A stretch of DNA of 59,412 nucleotides from an uncultured Anaerolineales bacterium (GCA_964444825.1 CAYUIS010000010.1:1-59412); one strand, 5' to 3'. Counted from the first letter of the stretch, positions 44,794 through 56,096 are shown. Numbers and translations are program-made. The notes: generated by a model from the sequence alone, not told the origin.

Positions 44794-47565
44794 ATGTCAT
44801 TTCTAGAGAGCTTTATTGACCTGATCACGAACTCACCCGGGGGTCTGGTTTACCACCTGGTAACGCTCTTTGCGATCCAGCTCATCCTGGGGATAGCCTT
44901 CGGACACTGGGACCGGAATCGGCATGACCCGACTGGGATACGGTTGTTAGCGCTCGGGGCGGGACTGACCCTCGCCCGTGCCTTGCTCATGTTCGTGGCT
45001 GTGCTGGTCCGGATCGGCGTGGTAATGCCCAGCGTGATCATGCCTCCCCTCGAACGGTTCCTCGATTTGGCTACCCTACTGCTGGCTGTCTGGGCTCTCC
45101 TACCAATTCCAACGCGCTACTTTCGCCTGAGCACGATGTCGCTGGCGGTCTCCCTCGTGATAACAGGCGGTATCTATCTGGCGTTTGCTATTCTCTGGTC
45201 CCCGGTTGAAACTCAGTTCATCTCTTACAATGGCTATTGGCAGGGAATGGTATGGGAATTCCTGTCCGCGGCGGTCCCTGCAGCAGCTATCCTGGTCACA
45301 TTGATATGGCGCGAGGATGAATGGGGTCTGAGCGTTTTCCTGTTCGCGCTCTGGTTTCTAGGGCACGTCCTGCAACTCGCCGTCCCAACACCTCTTGATT
45401 CTCACGCTCCCGGCTGGGTGCGACTCGGCAACTTGGCCACATTGCCACTGCTTGCAGGACTCGTGTATCGGCGCGCACTCAAAGAATCAGCGGAAGACAG
45501 TAGCGATACCAGTCTGGAGATGGCCAATCTTTTGGGAGCCGTGCAGAGAATCGAGACAGCCCAAGATGTCGAGGCGACGCTCAGCTTGGTGACCTCATCC
45601 CTTGCACGTGCATTGAAGGCCGATATGATCGCTGTCGGCGTGCCAGTCGCAGGTTCAGTCGATCCTCAGACCGATCCAAAGACTCACAATTCATCAAACT
45701 TGGAGGGAGCAAGGAGACTACGCATCGTCGCTCTCCACCCGCCCACCGATGTGATGTTGGCACAAGATCAACCGACACTGCTCATCTCCAGGCACCCCCT
45801 AATGGCCACAGCCATCAAGACCAACAACATCCAACGCTCAAACGGACCAGGAAGGGATCCAGCTATCGCCAGTCTTTATCGCCGCCTGGGCTTTGAACAA
45901 CCGGGCCCCCTGGTCGCTCTGCCGCTGACGGGTCAGAAGGGCCTGCTGGGCGTTCTATTGGCCGGCAATCCAGTATCTCAACGGGACTGGACGGCGCGAA
46001 GCGAACAGATCCTCAAAGCAACAGGAGCCGCGATAACCACGGCTTGGATCAGTGCTGCCAGTCAGGAGACCAAGGTAAACAACGAGGCATTACGCAAAGC
46101 CATCAGCGAGGCTCGGCGCCTGGCCCAGCGCGCATCTGCACTAAAGGCCGAATTGGAGCAGGAGCACCAGCGAGCCGAAGAACTCGACACAAAACTGCGC
46201 CTGCGAGAGCAAGAGAGGGCCACCGAGGATAGCGCCAAGATCGAAGCCACCCTGTGGCAGGAAGAAGTGCACAAACTGACACAGGCTCGGGACAGCTTAC
46301 AGGGCGAGATGAGCGAGTGGAGAGAGAAAGCAGAGCAATTCGCTCTCTCAAAGAACATGCTGCTAAAGCAACTGGCACAGGCCCAGTCCCAACTAAAGTC
46401 AGCCCTAAGCCAGACACCGCAGTCACCTTCCCAAGAGCAGGCGCCTCACCGAGGGGCTGGTCCCCGAGGCATACTGATCAGTGATGAGGAAGGCACGATC
46501 ATATTGGCCAGTCAGGGGGCCCGGCATCTCCTTGGTCAGGCCAGGCCTGCACTTGAGGGTACGTCCCTGCAAGCTCTCTTCAGCGAACCTTCCTGGGTTG
46601 AGGCGGTCAACGAGCTATTGAGCCAGGAGCCCGAGAACAGCGATACGGCCAAAGCCACACTCAACCTTGAGGGACGGATGATACGGGCTGAACTGACCCG
46701 CATCCCGAAAATCGCCGGGGGCGTCGGAACCCTCGCCGTGATGCTCCAACCCGCAGAGGCAGTATCACAAACAGCCCAGAACGAGGCAATCACATCACTG
46801 ATCCACGAGCTGCGCACCCCCATGACGTCCATCACCAGCTATACCGACCTGTTGCTAGGCGAGGCTGTGGGCATTCTAGGAGAATCACAGCGCCAGTTCC
46901 TGCACCGGATCAATGCCAACATCGAACGCTTGAGAGGATTGCTTGAGGATCTGGCCAAGGTGGCGTCCGTAGACGCCAGCCAGTTCTCGCTTTCCCCCGA
47001 GCCGGTCGAACTGATCGGCGTGATCGAGGATGCAATCATGTCCATGTCCACCCAGTTCGGCGAGGGCGACATAGGCGTGCACCTGGACCTGCCATCCGAA
47101 CTGCCCCCCATCCACGCGGACCGCGACAGCCTGTACCAGATCGCTCTGCGCCTGCTATCGAACGCCCGTCAGTGTTCGAAACCAGGCACCCAGGTGAGAA
47201 TCCACGCCAGAGTTGAAGAGTACGACACGCCGATGGACAGAGTGCCCAGCTACCTGTTTATGTCGGTGACCGATACTGGCGGTGGCATAGCGCCAGAGGA
47301 TCAACGCAGGCTCTTCCAACGTCTCTATCGAGCGGACAACCCCACGATTGCAGGAGTGGGCGATACGGGCGTAGGTCTATCCATCGCCAAGGCGCTGGTA
47401 GAGACACAGGGAGGACGTATCTGGGTAGAAAGCGAACCGGGGGTCGGCAGCACCTTTAGCTTCATCCTGCCACTCTCGTACGAGGCTGAAGAAGACCTTG
47501 TGTCATCTCTGTCCATCCCAGGCCCCTTCGCCGGAATCATAGAGTCAGCCGAGGGAGACCAGTGA
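44794..47565 (+). CDS. large sensor histidine kinase (multi-TM, GAF-like, coiled coil, PAS, HisKA, HATPase)
   Basis: About 8 TM helices. H-box LIHELRTPMTSITSYTDLL and ATPase motifs (LLSNARQCS, VTDTGGGI, GDTGVGLSIAKALVE). Confidence 0.9.
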   Translation: MSFLESFIDLITNSPGGLVYHLVTLFAIQLILGIAFGHWDRNRHDPTGIRLLALGAGLTLARALLMFVAVLVRIGVVMPSVIMPPLERFLDLATLLLAVWALLPIPTRYFRLSTMSLAVSLVITGGIYLAFAILWSPVETQFISYNGYWQGMVWEFLSAAVPAAAILVTLIWREDEWGLSVFLFALWFLGHVLQLAVPTPLDSHAPGWVRLGNLATLPLLAGLVYRRALKESAEDSSDTSLEMANLLGAVQRIETAQDVEATLSLVTSSLARALKADMIAVGVPVAGSVDPQTDPKTHNSSNLEGARRLRIVALHPPTDVMLAQDQPTLLISRHPLMATAIKTNNIQRSNGPGRDPAIASLYRRLGFEQPGPLVALPLTGQKGLLGVLLAGNPVSQRDWTARSEQILKATGAAITTAWISAASQETKVNNEALRKAISEARRLAQRASALKAELEQEHQRAEELDTKLRLREQERATEDSAKIEATLWQEEVHKLTQARDSLQGEMSEWREKAEQFALSKNMLLKQLAQAQSQLKSALSQTPQSPSQEQAPHRGAGPRGILISDEEGTIILASQGARHLLGQARPALEGTSLQALFSEPSWVEAVNELLSQEPENSDTAKATLNLEGRMIRAELTRIPKIAGGVGTLAVMLQPAEAVSQTAQNEAITSLIHELRTPMTSITSYTDLLLGEAVGILGESQRQFLHRINANIERLRGLLEDLAKVASVDASQFSLSPEPVELIGVIEDAIMSMSTQFGEGDIGVHLDLPSELPPIHADRDSLYQIALRLLSNARQCSKPGTQVRIHARVEEYDTPMDRVPSYLFMSVTDTGGGIAPEDQRRLFQRLYRADNPTIAGVGDTGVGLSIAKALVETQGGRIWVESEPGVGSTFSFILPLSYEAEEDLVSSLSIPGPFAGIIESAEGDQ

Positions 47566-48647
47566 AGCAGCCACGGCTGGGCGACAGCGCCCACCAGTTG
47601 TTCGGTCCGGCGCCAGCCCAAGCTTCGGATACGGCCCAACCCTCAGGGAGCAACCCTCAAGCTTTTGAGCACACAGAGCCGGCTGGCCAAGCCACCGACA
47701 CAGGGCACGTATTGAGAAGCCTGGCCCTCACGCTCATCAGTGTTGGCATGCTGCTGGGCAGCTTTCTATTAAGCCAACTTGACACTTCAAGCGTTCGTCC
47801 AAGCCCTACGACGGTTGTCGAGATCGCGCCCTCTCCCGCCGTCGCTGCCGTGTTCTCAGCCTCTCCCACACTCCCCGCCGCGCCCTCCCCCACGCTCACC
47901 CCTACCCCCTCGCCCTCCCGCACGCCATCTCCACCTGCGTCAGCGCCGACCACGACAGCAGAAGCTCTGCCCAATGTCACAACATCGCCAACCTCAGAAT
48001 CAACCCAGTCACCCGATTTAGCGCCTACTTTGACCAGCAGCCCGGCCCCTGAGCCCTTCGTCTGCGGTCCCCCTCTCGATTGGGATCCTTGGTATATCGT
48101 GCAGCGCGGCGACACGCTGTTCTCTCTTTCCCGGCGTTTTGGCGTCAGTGTGGAGGAAATCCGTCGCGCCAATTGCCTGGCTGACAACACACTCTACGTT
48201 GGGACCAAACTCTACCTCCCAGCGCCGAAACCTACACCCATCCGCACCTCCACTCCTACCCCAGCACCTACCTATACACCCACAGGGACGCCCGTATCTA
48301 CCTCCACGCCAAGCCCAACCCCTACCGGACCGATAGTGACCGTGCCGACATCTACGCCTACACCGTCCCCCACCCCAACCCCGACCAGCCCCGCCATCTA
48401 CACGCCAACCTACACCCCCACACCCACGCCACCCCCGGGATCTACCGTGACGTCCACACCGACCGAAGCGCCCACACCCACGCACACACCGGCATCCACT
48501 CCTACCCCGACCCCTACGCCCATATCTACGGCGCCGCCTACGCCAACCGAACCTGCTGTGCCCACGAACACCTCCACCCCTCCGCCGACTGAACAACCAC
48601 CGACCGCCACGACGGCGCCACCAGCGACCCCCACGCCCACCGAATAG
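47562..48647 (+). CDS. membrane-anchored LysM-domain protein with long Pro/Thr-rich regions
   Basis: The GTG start overlaps the kinase stop (GTGA). It has a TM helix and a LysM domain (YIVQRGDTLFSLSRRFGVSVEEIRRANCL...GTKLYLP). Confidence 0.8.
   Translation: MKQPRLGDSAHQLFGPAPAQASDTAQPSGSNPQAFEHTEPAGQATDTGHVLRSLALTLISVGMLLGSFLLSQLDTSSVRPSPTTVVEIAPSPAVAAVFSASPTLPAAPSPTLTPTPSPSRTPSPPASAPTTTAEALPNVTTSPTSESTQSPDLAPTLTSSPAPEPFVCGPPLDWDPWYIVQRGDTLFSLSRRFGVSVEEIRRANCLADNTLYVGTKLYLPAPKPTPIRTSTPTPAPTYTPTGTPVSTSTPSPTPTGPIVTVPTSTPTPSPTPTPTSPAIYTPTYTPTPTPPPGSTVTSTPTEAPTPTHTPASTPTPTPTPISTAPPTPTEPAVPTNTSTPPPTEQPPTATTAPPATPTPTE
48225..48644 (+). repeat. low-complexity Pro/Thr-coding tract
   Basis: Iterated ACN-CCN codons (TPTPSPTPTPT...). 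It produces spurious ORFs in other frames. Confidence 0.8.
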
Positions 48648-48746
48648 AGCAAGTGGCAGGCAGTCTATAGCCAGCCACGGGCGGCCCGTGACCAAACCTG
48701 TTCGCGGGAATGAGTTGGGAAAAGGTGGATTGAGGTTGCGTAGAGG

Positions 48747-50729
48747 CTATGGGGGCGGTGAGAGCGTCGGAAACGTAAAGAGGGCCAGATCAACCCCATC
48801 ACCGCGCGCCCAGAACGTGAGATCGTTCCACACACTTGGAGAGGCAAAATCCATGGTCACGGTCCACGTGGCCCCTCTTTCTCCGTCCACCGCCGAGTAG
48901 GAAGAAGACGCCGCGTCATTCGGGAAGACTGTGGAATTGCCAGAGGCATCCGCGCCCAACACGTCAAGCTGACGCACCGGCGTATACAGCGTCATCGCAA
49001 CCCCATCTGGAGCGCCAGCATAGTCCAGATCCCAGTTATGCTGCTCAAAGGTCGTCGTCCCTGCTGGCACGTACGGATACAAGGGCGGCCGCTGCCCGAC
49101 AGCGCTAGGCAACGGAAAAGTCCAAGAATAGGCGAAAATCCGGCTGCCTGACGGCGGGGTGTTGGCGTTATCCACCGTACTCAATGCCACGTTGTACAGG
49201 TTGCCGTCATCGCCGCCGACCCCTTCCACCACCAGCTTGAATACCATTCTGCTTCCCACCAGCTCCCCGTCGGTTGCATTGAAGCCAAAGACCAAGTCCC
49301 AGTTGGAATCGTATGCAGGATCGTTCCCGATCACAGTCTGCGCCAGTTGAAAACCGGAATTGATCCCGACTGGACCTGGATGCGCCGAACGGGCGTCGGA
49401 TGTGGTGTATGCATCTGCGCCGCCCCGCAATGTATATCTCATCGACCCATCCCAAACTGGCGGCACCTGCTCATCTATCGTCCCGCCGGTGTCGGCGTCA
49501 AAGATACGGATGTACAGGGGCCCTGCATAGCTGACGGGGACCTCGAAGAATATCACCTGCGCCCGGTCATCGTCCCCCTGGCCGCCCGAGCCGGGGCCAG
49601 GACCAAAGGTCGAAAGGTATCCGGTCGCGAGCCCTGTATCCAACGTCGTATTCAGATTGGAGGGGTTGAGCGCGGTGTAATAGACCCACGGCGGACGCCC
49701 GTTCTGCTGTCCATCGGGGTTTTGGACGGCAAGCGAGCGCACCCCCGGCACGAGGCCGGCCGGCACCGTCCCGGTGAGCGTGTCGACGGTGCCGTCAGAG
49801 ATAACAATCTCGTCGCTCGCCAGCCATGCTCTAGGAAGTGCAGGCACCGTTTGGAAATTGGCCCCCAAGATGTTCACGGGGACGGGGAAATTGTTCACCC
49901 CACGATCAGGTATGATACTTAGGACAGTTGGAGGCGGCACGGAGGTTGGCGTGGGCGTGTTCGTGGGGGTTGGCGTAGGCGTGTCGGTGGGCGTTGGTGT
50001 ATTCGTCGGGGTGTTCGTCGGTGTCGGGGTGTTCGTCGGCGTCGGGGTGTGCGTTGGCGTTGGCGTGTCGGTAATAGAAGGCGGCGTGCCGGTCGGCGTT
50101 GCAGAGGCGGTGGGAGTGGAAGTGGGCGTGCCTGTGGGCGTGCCTGTGGGTGTGGCCGTTCCAGTCGGCGTCGGCGTAGGAGTCTGCGTGCGGGTGGCCG
50201 TAGGCGTGGGAGTACCAGTCTGCGTTGGCGTGCGGGAGGGGGTCGGCGTTCGGGACGGTGTCAGCGTGACAACAGCCGTTGTCGGCGTAGGCGTGGCAGG
50301 CGTCGGCGTCTCTCCGGGAGGCCCGGTCGGGGTGGGAGAGGAGGTCGGGCCCACGGCCACCTGCCGGGGCGTGGGCGTGCTCGTCGGCGCAGGACCAAGT
50401 GTCACGACCGGGACGACGATGGGCGTCCCCACGGGCGCTATGAGGGTCAGTTGCCACGCCGGCGGCGTCATCACCTCTGGACGAAGCGGCTGGAGTTCCA
50501 ACTCACCCGGTTTGAATGCCTCTAGACCCTCAAACGGATCTACCTCAGAGAACATGTTGGCGGCGACTTCCCAGGAGCGATCAGGGCGCACCGCCATCTG
50601 CGCCGTCGTCAGAAGGCAACACAACCCCAACAGCAGTATCAGCAGGAGAACCAGCAGATCGCGCCGTCCTCGATCCCTGTCACCATCTCTGTCACCACTG
50701 CCGGGAGGTTCGCTGGCCACCATACCCAT
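48747..50729 (-). CDS. membrane-anchored secreted protein: Pro/Thr-rich linker, IPT/TIG-like domain, ~330-aa uncharacterised C-terminal domain
   Basis: N-terminal anchor [16 protein letters not shown] and about 170 aa of TPTPT repeats. The IPT-like segment is [24 protein letters not shown]. Confidence 0.75.
   Translation of the reverse strand: MGMVASEPPGSGDRDGDRDRGRRDLLVLLLILLLGLCCLLTTAQMAVRPDRSWEVAANMFSEVDPFEGLEAFKPGELELQPLRPEVMTPPAWQLTLIAPVGTPIVVPVVTLGPAPTSTPTPRQVAVGPTSSPTPTGPPGETPTPATPTPTTAVVTLTPSRTPTPSRTPTQTGTPTPTATRTQTPTPTPTGTATPTGTPTGTPTSTPTASATPTGTPPSITDTPTPTHTPTPTNTPTPTNTPTNTPTPTDTPTPTPTNTPTPTSVPPPTVLSIIPDRGVNNFPVPVNILGANFQTVPALPRAWLASDEIVISDGTVDTLTGTVPAGLVPGVRSLAVQNPDGQQNGRPPWVYYTALNPSNLNTTLDTGLATGYLSTFGPGPGSGGQGDDDRAQVIFFEVPVSYAGPLYIRIFDADTGGTIDEQVPPVWDGSMRYTLRGGADAYTTSDARSAHPGPVGINSGFQLAQTVIGNDPAYDSNWDLVFGFNATDGELVGSRMVFKLVVEGVGGDDGNLYNVALSTVDNANTPPSGSRIFAYSWTFPLPSAVGQRPPLYPYVPAGTTTFEQHNWDLDYAGAPDGVAMTLYTPVRQLDVLGADASGNSTVFPNDAASSSYSAVDGERGATWTVTMDFASPSVWNDLTFWARGDGVDLALFTFPTLSPPP
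49925..50400 (-). repeat. low-complexity Pro/Thr-coding tandem repeats
   Basis: Degenerate 6-12-nt periodic repeats ([27 protein letters not shown]). All six frames are open across this stretch. Confidence 0.85.
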
Positions 50730-50761
50730 GGTCTCTCTGCTACGACATAACGACCCTGATC

Positions 50762-52984
50762 TTACGCCACCTCGTTCTCCGGTAACGCTGGAAGAATAAT
50801 GCTGAACGTGCTGCCAGCCCCCAGCTCACTATCAACGACGATTTCCCCTCCGTGCGCCTCAACGATGGCCTGGGCGAGATACAGCCCCACTCCCAGACCT
50901 CGCACCTCGTCCTCAGGCATGTTCGTTACCCGATAGAAACGCGAAAAGAGACTATCCCGATCCTCTTCCGAGATACCGATCCCCGAATCCACAACGTCGA
51001 GAACCACGTGCCCATCCCGCTCGACAAGATGTAGCGCCACATTGCCTCCCGACGGCGTATACTGCAGGGCATTACGTATCAGGTGGATAATGGCCCAACG
51101 CAAACGCCTGTTGTCGGCATGCACCAGGGGCAAATCGGCGGCAAGATCCACTTCAAAACCCAGGCTCTTCTCTTCCATCCTCAGATGCCACTCATCAGCG
51201 ACTTCCTCGACAAGCGTCGATATGTCCATGGGGCGCGTGACCACGCCCAAGCGCCCGCTGGCCTCCATTTCGGAAAAGTCGAGCAGTTCGTTCACCATCG
51301 CTATCAGATCATCAGCGTTGCGCCCGATCGTCTGCAAAAACTCTTGTTGGGCCTCCTCCAGCGTGCCGCCGACGCCAGAGAGCATTAGATCACTATAGCC
51401 CTTGATGGCGGTCAGCGGCGTGCGCAACTCGTGGGACACGTGGGTGATGAATCCATCCTTGAGGCGCTCCGCTTCTACCTCGGCGGTCACATCCCGCATC
51501 ACGATCACTGTGCCCAGCTCCGTCTCATCCTCCGTACGGACGACCGCGGAGTGAGCGCTGATCACCCTTTGTCCCACCTCAAAGCGTCGATTATCCATGA
51601 GCCAGGGACTCGACTGGCCGTCCACGGCTTGATCGTACTCATCGACGCCCAAGTCCCGCAGCGGTCCACGCAAAAAGCCCTCCGCCATCTCCTCCAGCAG
51701 GCCATCTGCTGCTGCGTTTAGCGTGATGAGGCGGCCATCCAAATCCTCCATCATCACACCATCGCCCATGCTGGAAAGGATGGCCCGCATCCGGCCGAGT
51801 GTTTCCTCCAACCTAGCGGTACGCTCCGCCAGTCGCCCCGTCATCTCGTCAAAAGTGCCAGCCAGGATACCGATCTCATCCGCACTCTCGATGCCCGTAC
51901 GCTGCCCCAGATCCCCCTCCGCCACAGCGCGAGATGTGCGCACCAGCCGGCCCAACGGGCTGGTGATGCGCTGCGAAATCAGATAACCAAGCAACACCGT
52001 GCCCAGCATCCCGGCAGCAAAAAGCACCGTATACGTGTTGCGGCCGATGGTATAACCCTCGATGACAAAATTCAGAGGCAGGGCCACGGCAAAGACGCCC
52101 ATAGCATCAGGCCCCACACGAAGCGATCCCCGGGCCAGGCGATACAAGCGGCCCCGCACCTGTATTCCTTCGCCCGAGACGTACTCGCTACTGAACAGCG
52201 CACTTTGGTATATCGCCGGGGTGATGGACAGCTCCTCCAACAGGGCATCAATGGCATCCGACGATTCGCCAAACGCAAAGGTCGTATCCACCGCGCGACC
52301 CCCGTCGAGATAGATGACCACATCAGCCAGCGCGGTGGCCTTAAAATGGGACAGGAGCGTGTCGAGTGATGTACCTACCACGACCACCCCGACCACCCCA
52401 TCGTCCAACCCAACAGGGACAGCCGTAAAGTAGTAGTAGCGTTCATCTGTTGAATAAAACACCAGACCGCGCTTTGGCATTGCGTTTGGATCGCCATCCT
52501 CCAGCAGCGACCGCACCATCCAGAGCTCGGAGGTATCCGATGACTCTTCCACAAACTCGTACGAGCCATCATCGCCCAACATGTGCAGCATTTCCCGCCC
52601 AGCCGCGTCAACGACGATCGATGATTCCAGCCCGCGAAGATAGGCTACCGGCTGAGCCAATGCCTGCGCTCTCTCCCGATCGCCATTCGCCAGCGCCTCA
52701 GCCAGCCCCACCGTAAAGGCTATCGCCCGGGCTGACTCCAAATGCTCGATCTCCCGACGCGCCATGCCATCCGAAACAAGCCGCCCCGCCTCAAGTAACT
52801 GATTGGACAGCCGCTCGTCCAGAGAACTGGCAACCAGCCTGGTTACCACGAATACGCCGATAACGGCCACGATTATCGTGAGGACCAGATAGGGCAGGAT
52901 GATCTTGGTCCGGATACTAGAAAGGAAGAAACGACGCAACTGCTCGTACACTCCAGGCGATTCCTCCAATCGTTGAGCTTGCAT
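50762..52984 (-). CDS. sensor histidine kinase (periplasmic sensor domain, HAMP, PAS, HisKA, HATPase)
   Basis: Two TM helices flank a ~270-aa extracytoplasmic domain. HAMP ([20 protein letters not shown]), H-box [15 protein letters not shown], and ATPase motifs. Confidence 0.9.
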   Translation of the reverse strand: MQAQRLEESPGVYEQLRRFFLSSIRTKIILPYLVLTIIVAVIGVFVVTRLVASSLDERLSNQLLEAGRLVSDGMARREIEHLESARAIAFTVGLAEALANGDRERAQALAQPVAYLRGLESSIVVDAAGREMLHMLGDDGSYEFVEESSDTSELWMVRSLLEDGDPNAMPKRGLVFYSTDERYYYFTAVPVGLDDGVVGVVVVGTSLDTLLSHFKATALADVVIYLDGGRAVDTTFAFGESSDAIDALLEELSITPAIYQSALFSSEYVSGEGIQVRGRLYRLARGSLRVGPDAMGVFAVALPLNFVIEGYTIGRNTYTVLFAAGMLGTVLLGYLISQRITSPLGRLVRTSRAVAEGDLGQRTGIESADEIGILAGTFDEMTGRLAERTARLEETLGRMRAILSSMGDGVMMEDLDGRLITLNAAADGLLEEMAEGFLRGPLRDLGVDEYDQAVDGQSSPWLMDNRRFEVGQRVISAHSAVVRTEDETELGTVIVMRDVTAEVEAERLKDGFITHVSHELRTPLTAIKGYSDLMLSGVGGTLEEAQQEFLQTIGRNADDLIAMVNELLDFSEMEASGRLGVVTRPMDISTLVEEVADEWHLRMEEKSLGFEVDLAADLPLVHADNRRLRWAIIHLIRNALQYTPSGGNVALHLVERDGHVVLDVVDSGIGISEEDRDSLFSRFYRVTNMPEDEVRGLGVGLYLAQAIVEAHGGEIVVDSELGAGSTFSIILPALPENEVA

Positions 52985-52999
52985 CCCGTCTCACTCCGA

Positions 53000-53581
53000 T
53001 CAGGGTGCGGCGAAGTAAGCCAATGCATGACGCACTCGCTCTTCGACGGACAACCCATCGTCTCCCGGCACGCTCTGAAGCGCCGCCTGTGCCTCAACCA
53101 AGCTGAACCCCAGCCCGGTCAATGCAGCGATAACCTCGGCATCCGTATCACCCAGCAAGGGTACCGCTCCTACCCCGCTGGGAATGATCTTGTCCTTCAG
53201 ATGAAAGATAATGGCCCGCGCGGTCTTGGGGCCAATGCCCGGCACCCGCGACAACAAGCCCGGCTCTTCTTGCACCACAGCCTGGCGCAGCGCGTCTGGT
53301 GAGACAGTGCCCAGCAACGCCAGCGCGACCTTGGGACCAACACCAGAGATGCTCAACAGGAGCTTGAACAGCGCCAGTTCCTCCTCGGTCAGGAACCCAA
53401 AGAGAGCCAGTTCGTTCTCGCGGACGTGCAGATAGGTGAACAACTCTACGGCCTGCCCCGCACCTTCTAGCCGCCCCAACACATCGGTGGGCGTACGCAC
53501 CTGGAAACCAATCCCTCCGTTGCGGACCACCACGTGATCCTCTCCAATGCTCCACACCGTCCCACTGAGCCTGGCGATCAT
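53000..53581 (-). CDS. ruvA: Holliday junction branch-migration complex subunit RuvA
   Basis: MIARLSGTV...GIGFQV...LFGF...ELALFKLLLSISGVGPKVALALL...PGIGPKTA. Confidence 0.94.
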   Translation of the reverse strand: MIARLSGTVWSIGEDHVVVRNGGIGFQVRTPTDVLGRLEGAGQAVELFTYLHVRENELALFGFLTEEELALFKLLLSISGVGPKVALALLGTVSPDALRQAVVQEEPGLLSRVPGIGPKTARAIIFHLKDKIIPSGVGAVPLLGDTDAEVIAALTGLGFSLVEAQAALQSVPGDDGLSVEERVRHALAYFAAP

Positions 53582-53584
53582 CGT

Positions 53585-54115
53585 CTACCCGTTCCCCTGC
53601 CACGACGTTTGGGGATCGGCAGAGAGGGCGCTCAAGCGGGCCGAGTGAAGGTGACAGATAGCAACGGCCAGAGCGTCGGCGGCATCATCCGGGCGGGGCA
53701 CATCCGATAGCCCCAGCAACAGCCGCACCATTTCCTGCATCTGCGCCTTGTCCGCATTTCCATACCCGGTCACCGCTTGCTTGACCGCCGATGGCGTGTA
53801 CTCAGCTACTTGCAACCCTGCCTCGGCCAGGGCCAGGAGCGCCACCCCTCGGGCGTGTCCCACACTCATCGCCGTTCGTACGTTGCTGCTAAAGAATAGC
53901 TCCTCTACCGCGGCTGCACCCGGTTCCCACTCCAAGGCCAATTCCCGCACCGCCCGGTATATCGATTGCAGACGGGATGGAAGAGGCTGGCCAGCCGGCG
54001 TCTTGATCACCCCAAAAGCCACCGACCTTGTGCCCCCTTGCACTTCCTCCACCACGCCATAGCCCGTGATAGCGGTTCCGGGATCAATGCCAAGTACGCG
54101 CACCCTTTCACTCAC
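53585..54115 (-). CDS. ruvC: crossover junction endodeoxyribonuclease RuvC
   Basis: VLGIDPGTAITGYGVV...EELFF...AVKQAVTGYGNADKAQ...DAADALAVAICH. The start may be the GTG at 54103. Confidence 0.92.
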   Translation of the reverse strand: MSERVRVLGIDPGTAITGYGVVEEVQGGTRSVAFGVIKTPAGQPLPSRLQSIYRAVRELALEWEPGAAAVEELFFSSNVRTAMSVGHARGVALLALAEAGLQVAEYTPSAVKQAVTGYGNADKAQMQEMVRLLLGLSDVPRPDDAADALAVAICHLHSARLSALSADPQTSWQGNG

Positions 54116-54183
54116 GTCAACGTCGCCTGGCGCAGGGCCTTAAGCAATCAACTAATGCTCTCGCCTAGTTAGGCTCCAAGAAA

Positions 54184-54939
54184 TCAGGACAACGCCTCAT
54201 ACTTGGACATCACCTCGTCGGAGATATCCAAGTTAGAATAGACCTGCTGAGTGTCGTCGAGATCCTCCAACTCGTCGATGATCCCCATCACCCGCAAGGT
54301 CTCTTTCTCATCCAGTTGTAGCGTGGTCTTGGGTATCATGGACAACTCCGCCGTCTCAGAAACTACGCCTGCGTCCTCCAACGCCTGTCGCACGGCCTGG
54401 AAGTGTTCCACGACCACGTACACCTCGATCAGATCGTCTCCAAAAACGACGTCATCAGCCCCCGCGTCCACAGCGACATCAAAGATGACCTCTTTATCAA
54501 TGCCGTTAGGCGCGATGGCGATGTAGCCCCTGCGGTCGAACTGCCAGGCCACTGCTCCCACCTCGGCCATCGTCCCGCCCTGCCGGGTGAGCACACGGCG
54601 AATCTCGGCAACGGCTCGGTTCTTGTTATCCGTGAGGGTCTTGATCAACAGGGCCACGCCGTTGGGAGCATACCCCTCGTAGGTCATCTCGAGAAGCTCC
54701 TCCCCCTTGAGCTCACCGGTGCCGCGTTTAATAGCCCTCTCGATGTTGTCCTTGGGCATGTTGGAGGACTTGGCCTTGTCAATTGCGAGGCGCAGGTTAA
54801 AGTTTATCTCAGCGTCGCCTCCTCCTTCGCCGGCAGCAGCGGTGATCTCCCGCGCCAGCCGAGTGAACAGCTGGCCTCGCCGGGCATCGGTGGCGGCCTT
54901 TTTGTGTTTGATGGTGGACCATTTACTATGACCGGACAT
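54184..54939 (-). CDS. yebC: YebC/PmpR-family DNA-binding regulator
   Basis: MSGHSKWSTIKHKKAATDARRGQLFTRLAREI, and similarity continues over the full length. Confidence 0.94.
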   Translation of the reverse strand: MSGHSKWSTIKHKKAATDARRGQLFTRLAREITAAAGEGGGDAEINFNLRLAIDKAKSSNMPKDNIERAIKRGTGELKGEELLEMTYEGYAPNGVALLIKTLTDNKNRAVAEIRRVLTRQGGTMAEVGAVAWQFDRRGYIAIAPNGIDKEVIFDVAVDAGADDVVFGDDLIEVYVVVEHFQAVRQALEDAGVVSETAELSMIPKTTLQLDEKETLRVMGIIDELEDLDDTQQVYSNLDISDEVMSKYEALS

Positions 54940-55014
54940 GACTCTCTCCTAAGCGGTGAATATGGAATCTGGGGGCTGCCCCGCACACGCCGCCCGCTGT
55001 GTGCCACAGCGTAG

Positions 55015-55044
55015 ATTATACCACCGGGCAGCCTGGTTAGGCAA
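55015..55044 (-). promoter_or_regulatory. promoter TTGCCT-18-(TGg)TATAAT for the yebC-family gene
   Basis: On the minus strand: TTGCCT (55044-55039), an 18-nt spacer, TATAAT (55020-55015). Confidence 0.5.
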
Positions 55045-55132
55045 GCGCCAGACCAAGTCCAAAGACACGCAGCCCGCCGCGCCCTACACCAACGGCAAGC
55101 GTGGAGCAAACTATCCTTCTGCTCCACGCTTT

Positions 55133-56086
55133 CTATTCACCCCCCTCTCCCAGACAACTCCCTATGCAATCCCGCTGGCCGCAGAGAAAGGAGGTGATAT
55201 CCATCGATCGCCTGCCAGCCAACTGCACCTCGTCCAGGCGCAAGGCCCCCTCGCCCGTGGCAACGGCGACAACTGTCTCGCCGTTGAGGGCGAACACGGT
55301 GCCTGGCGGTGCATCTCCCCGCCAGCCCGGCAGAGGCACGGCCCGCACCAGCTTTAGCCGCTCCCCTCGCAGCGTGGTAAACGCGCCTGGCCAGGGATGG
55401 AAGGCGCGAATCCGCCGGTCCAACTCGACCGCCGGACGCGACCAATCGATCAAACCGTCGTCCTTTGACAGTTGCCCGGCGTAGGTGACGCCCTCCGCCG
55501 GCTGGGGCCGGGGCAGCAACTCTCCCGCCAGATAAGGCGGCAACGTCTCCACAAGCAACTCTGCTCCCAACTGCGCCAGCCGGGGCTCCAATGTCTCCCA
55601 GGTATCGCCAGGCTCAACTAGCTCCTCCCGCTGAGCCAAAATAGGGCCGGTATCCAGTCCCACGTCCATCTGCATGATGGTCACACCGGTGACCTCGTCG
55701 CCGGCCAGTATAGCGGCTGGTATCGGGGCCGCGCCCCGCCAACGGGGTAGGAGGGAAGCGTGAACGTTAAGACACCCGAAAGGCGGCAGATCGAGCACGT
55801 CCTGGCGCAAGATCTGGCCAAAAGCTGCCACGACGATAACGTCCGGCTCCCAGGTCACGAGTTGCGCCATTGCCTCCACTGTGCGCAGCGAACGAGGCTG
55901 GAACAATGGCAAGTCGCGCGCCAGCGCCGCCCGCTTGACCGGGGATGGCATCAGTCGCTGTCCCCGCCCTGACCGACGGTCCGGCTGCGCCACGACACCG
56001 ACGACATCCACGGCGGACGCGTCGGCCAACGCCGTCAGCGTCGGTACGGCGAAATCGGGCGTGCCCATGAACACGACTCGTACCAT
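55133..56086 (-). CDS. fmt: methionyl-tRNA formyltransferase
   Basis: VVFMGTPDFAVPTL...NVHASLLPRWRGAAPI. I prefer ATG 56086, because ATG 56098 overlaps the predicted -10 box. Confidence 0.92.
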   Translation of the reverse strand: MVRVVFMGTPDFAVPTLTALADASAVDVVGVVAQPDRRSGRGQRLMPSPVKRAALARDLPLFQPRSLRTVEAMAQLVTWEPDVIVVAAFGQILRQDVLDLPPFGCLNVHASLLPRWRGAAPIPAAILAGDEVTGVTIMQMDVGLDTGPILAQREELVEPGDTWETLEPRLAQLGAELLVETLPPYLAGELLPRPQPAEGVTYAGQLSKDDGLIDWSRPAVELDRRIRAFHPWPGAFTTLRGERLKLVRAVPLPGWRGDAPPGTVFALNGETVVAVATGEGALRLDEVQLAGRRSMDITSFLCGQRDCIGSCLGEGGE

Positions 56087-56096
56087 GATTACTCGC

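Noticed and set aside
48018-48695. 225-aa Arg/Gly-rich minus-strand ORF, and the 80-aa Gly/Val ORF at 48410-48652
   Set aside because: These are reverse-frame readings of the Pro/Thr codon repeats of the LysM protein gene.
49925-50400. Possible CRISPR-like or tandem-repeat array
   Set aside because: The periodicity is 6-12 nt and degenerate, and it lies inside a coding frame. There is no repeat-spacer structure and there are no cas genes.
49774-50799. 341-aa plus-strand ORF, plus the overlapping ORFs at 49906-50457 and 50049-50525
   Set aside because: All are artefacts of the TPTPT-coding repeats, which keep every frame open. Only the 660-aa minus-strand frame has a signal anchor and globular domains.
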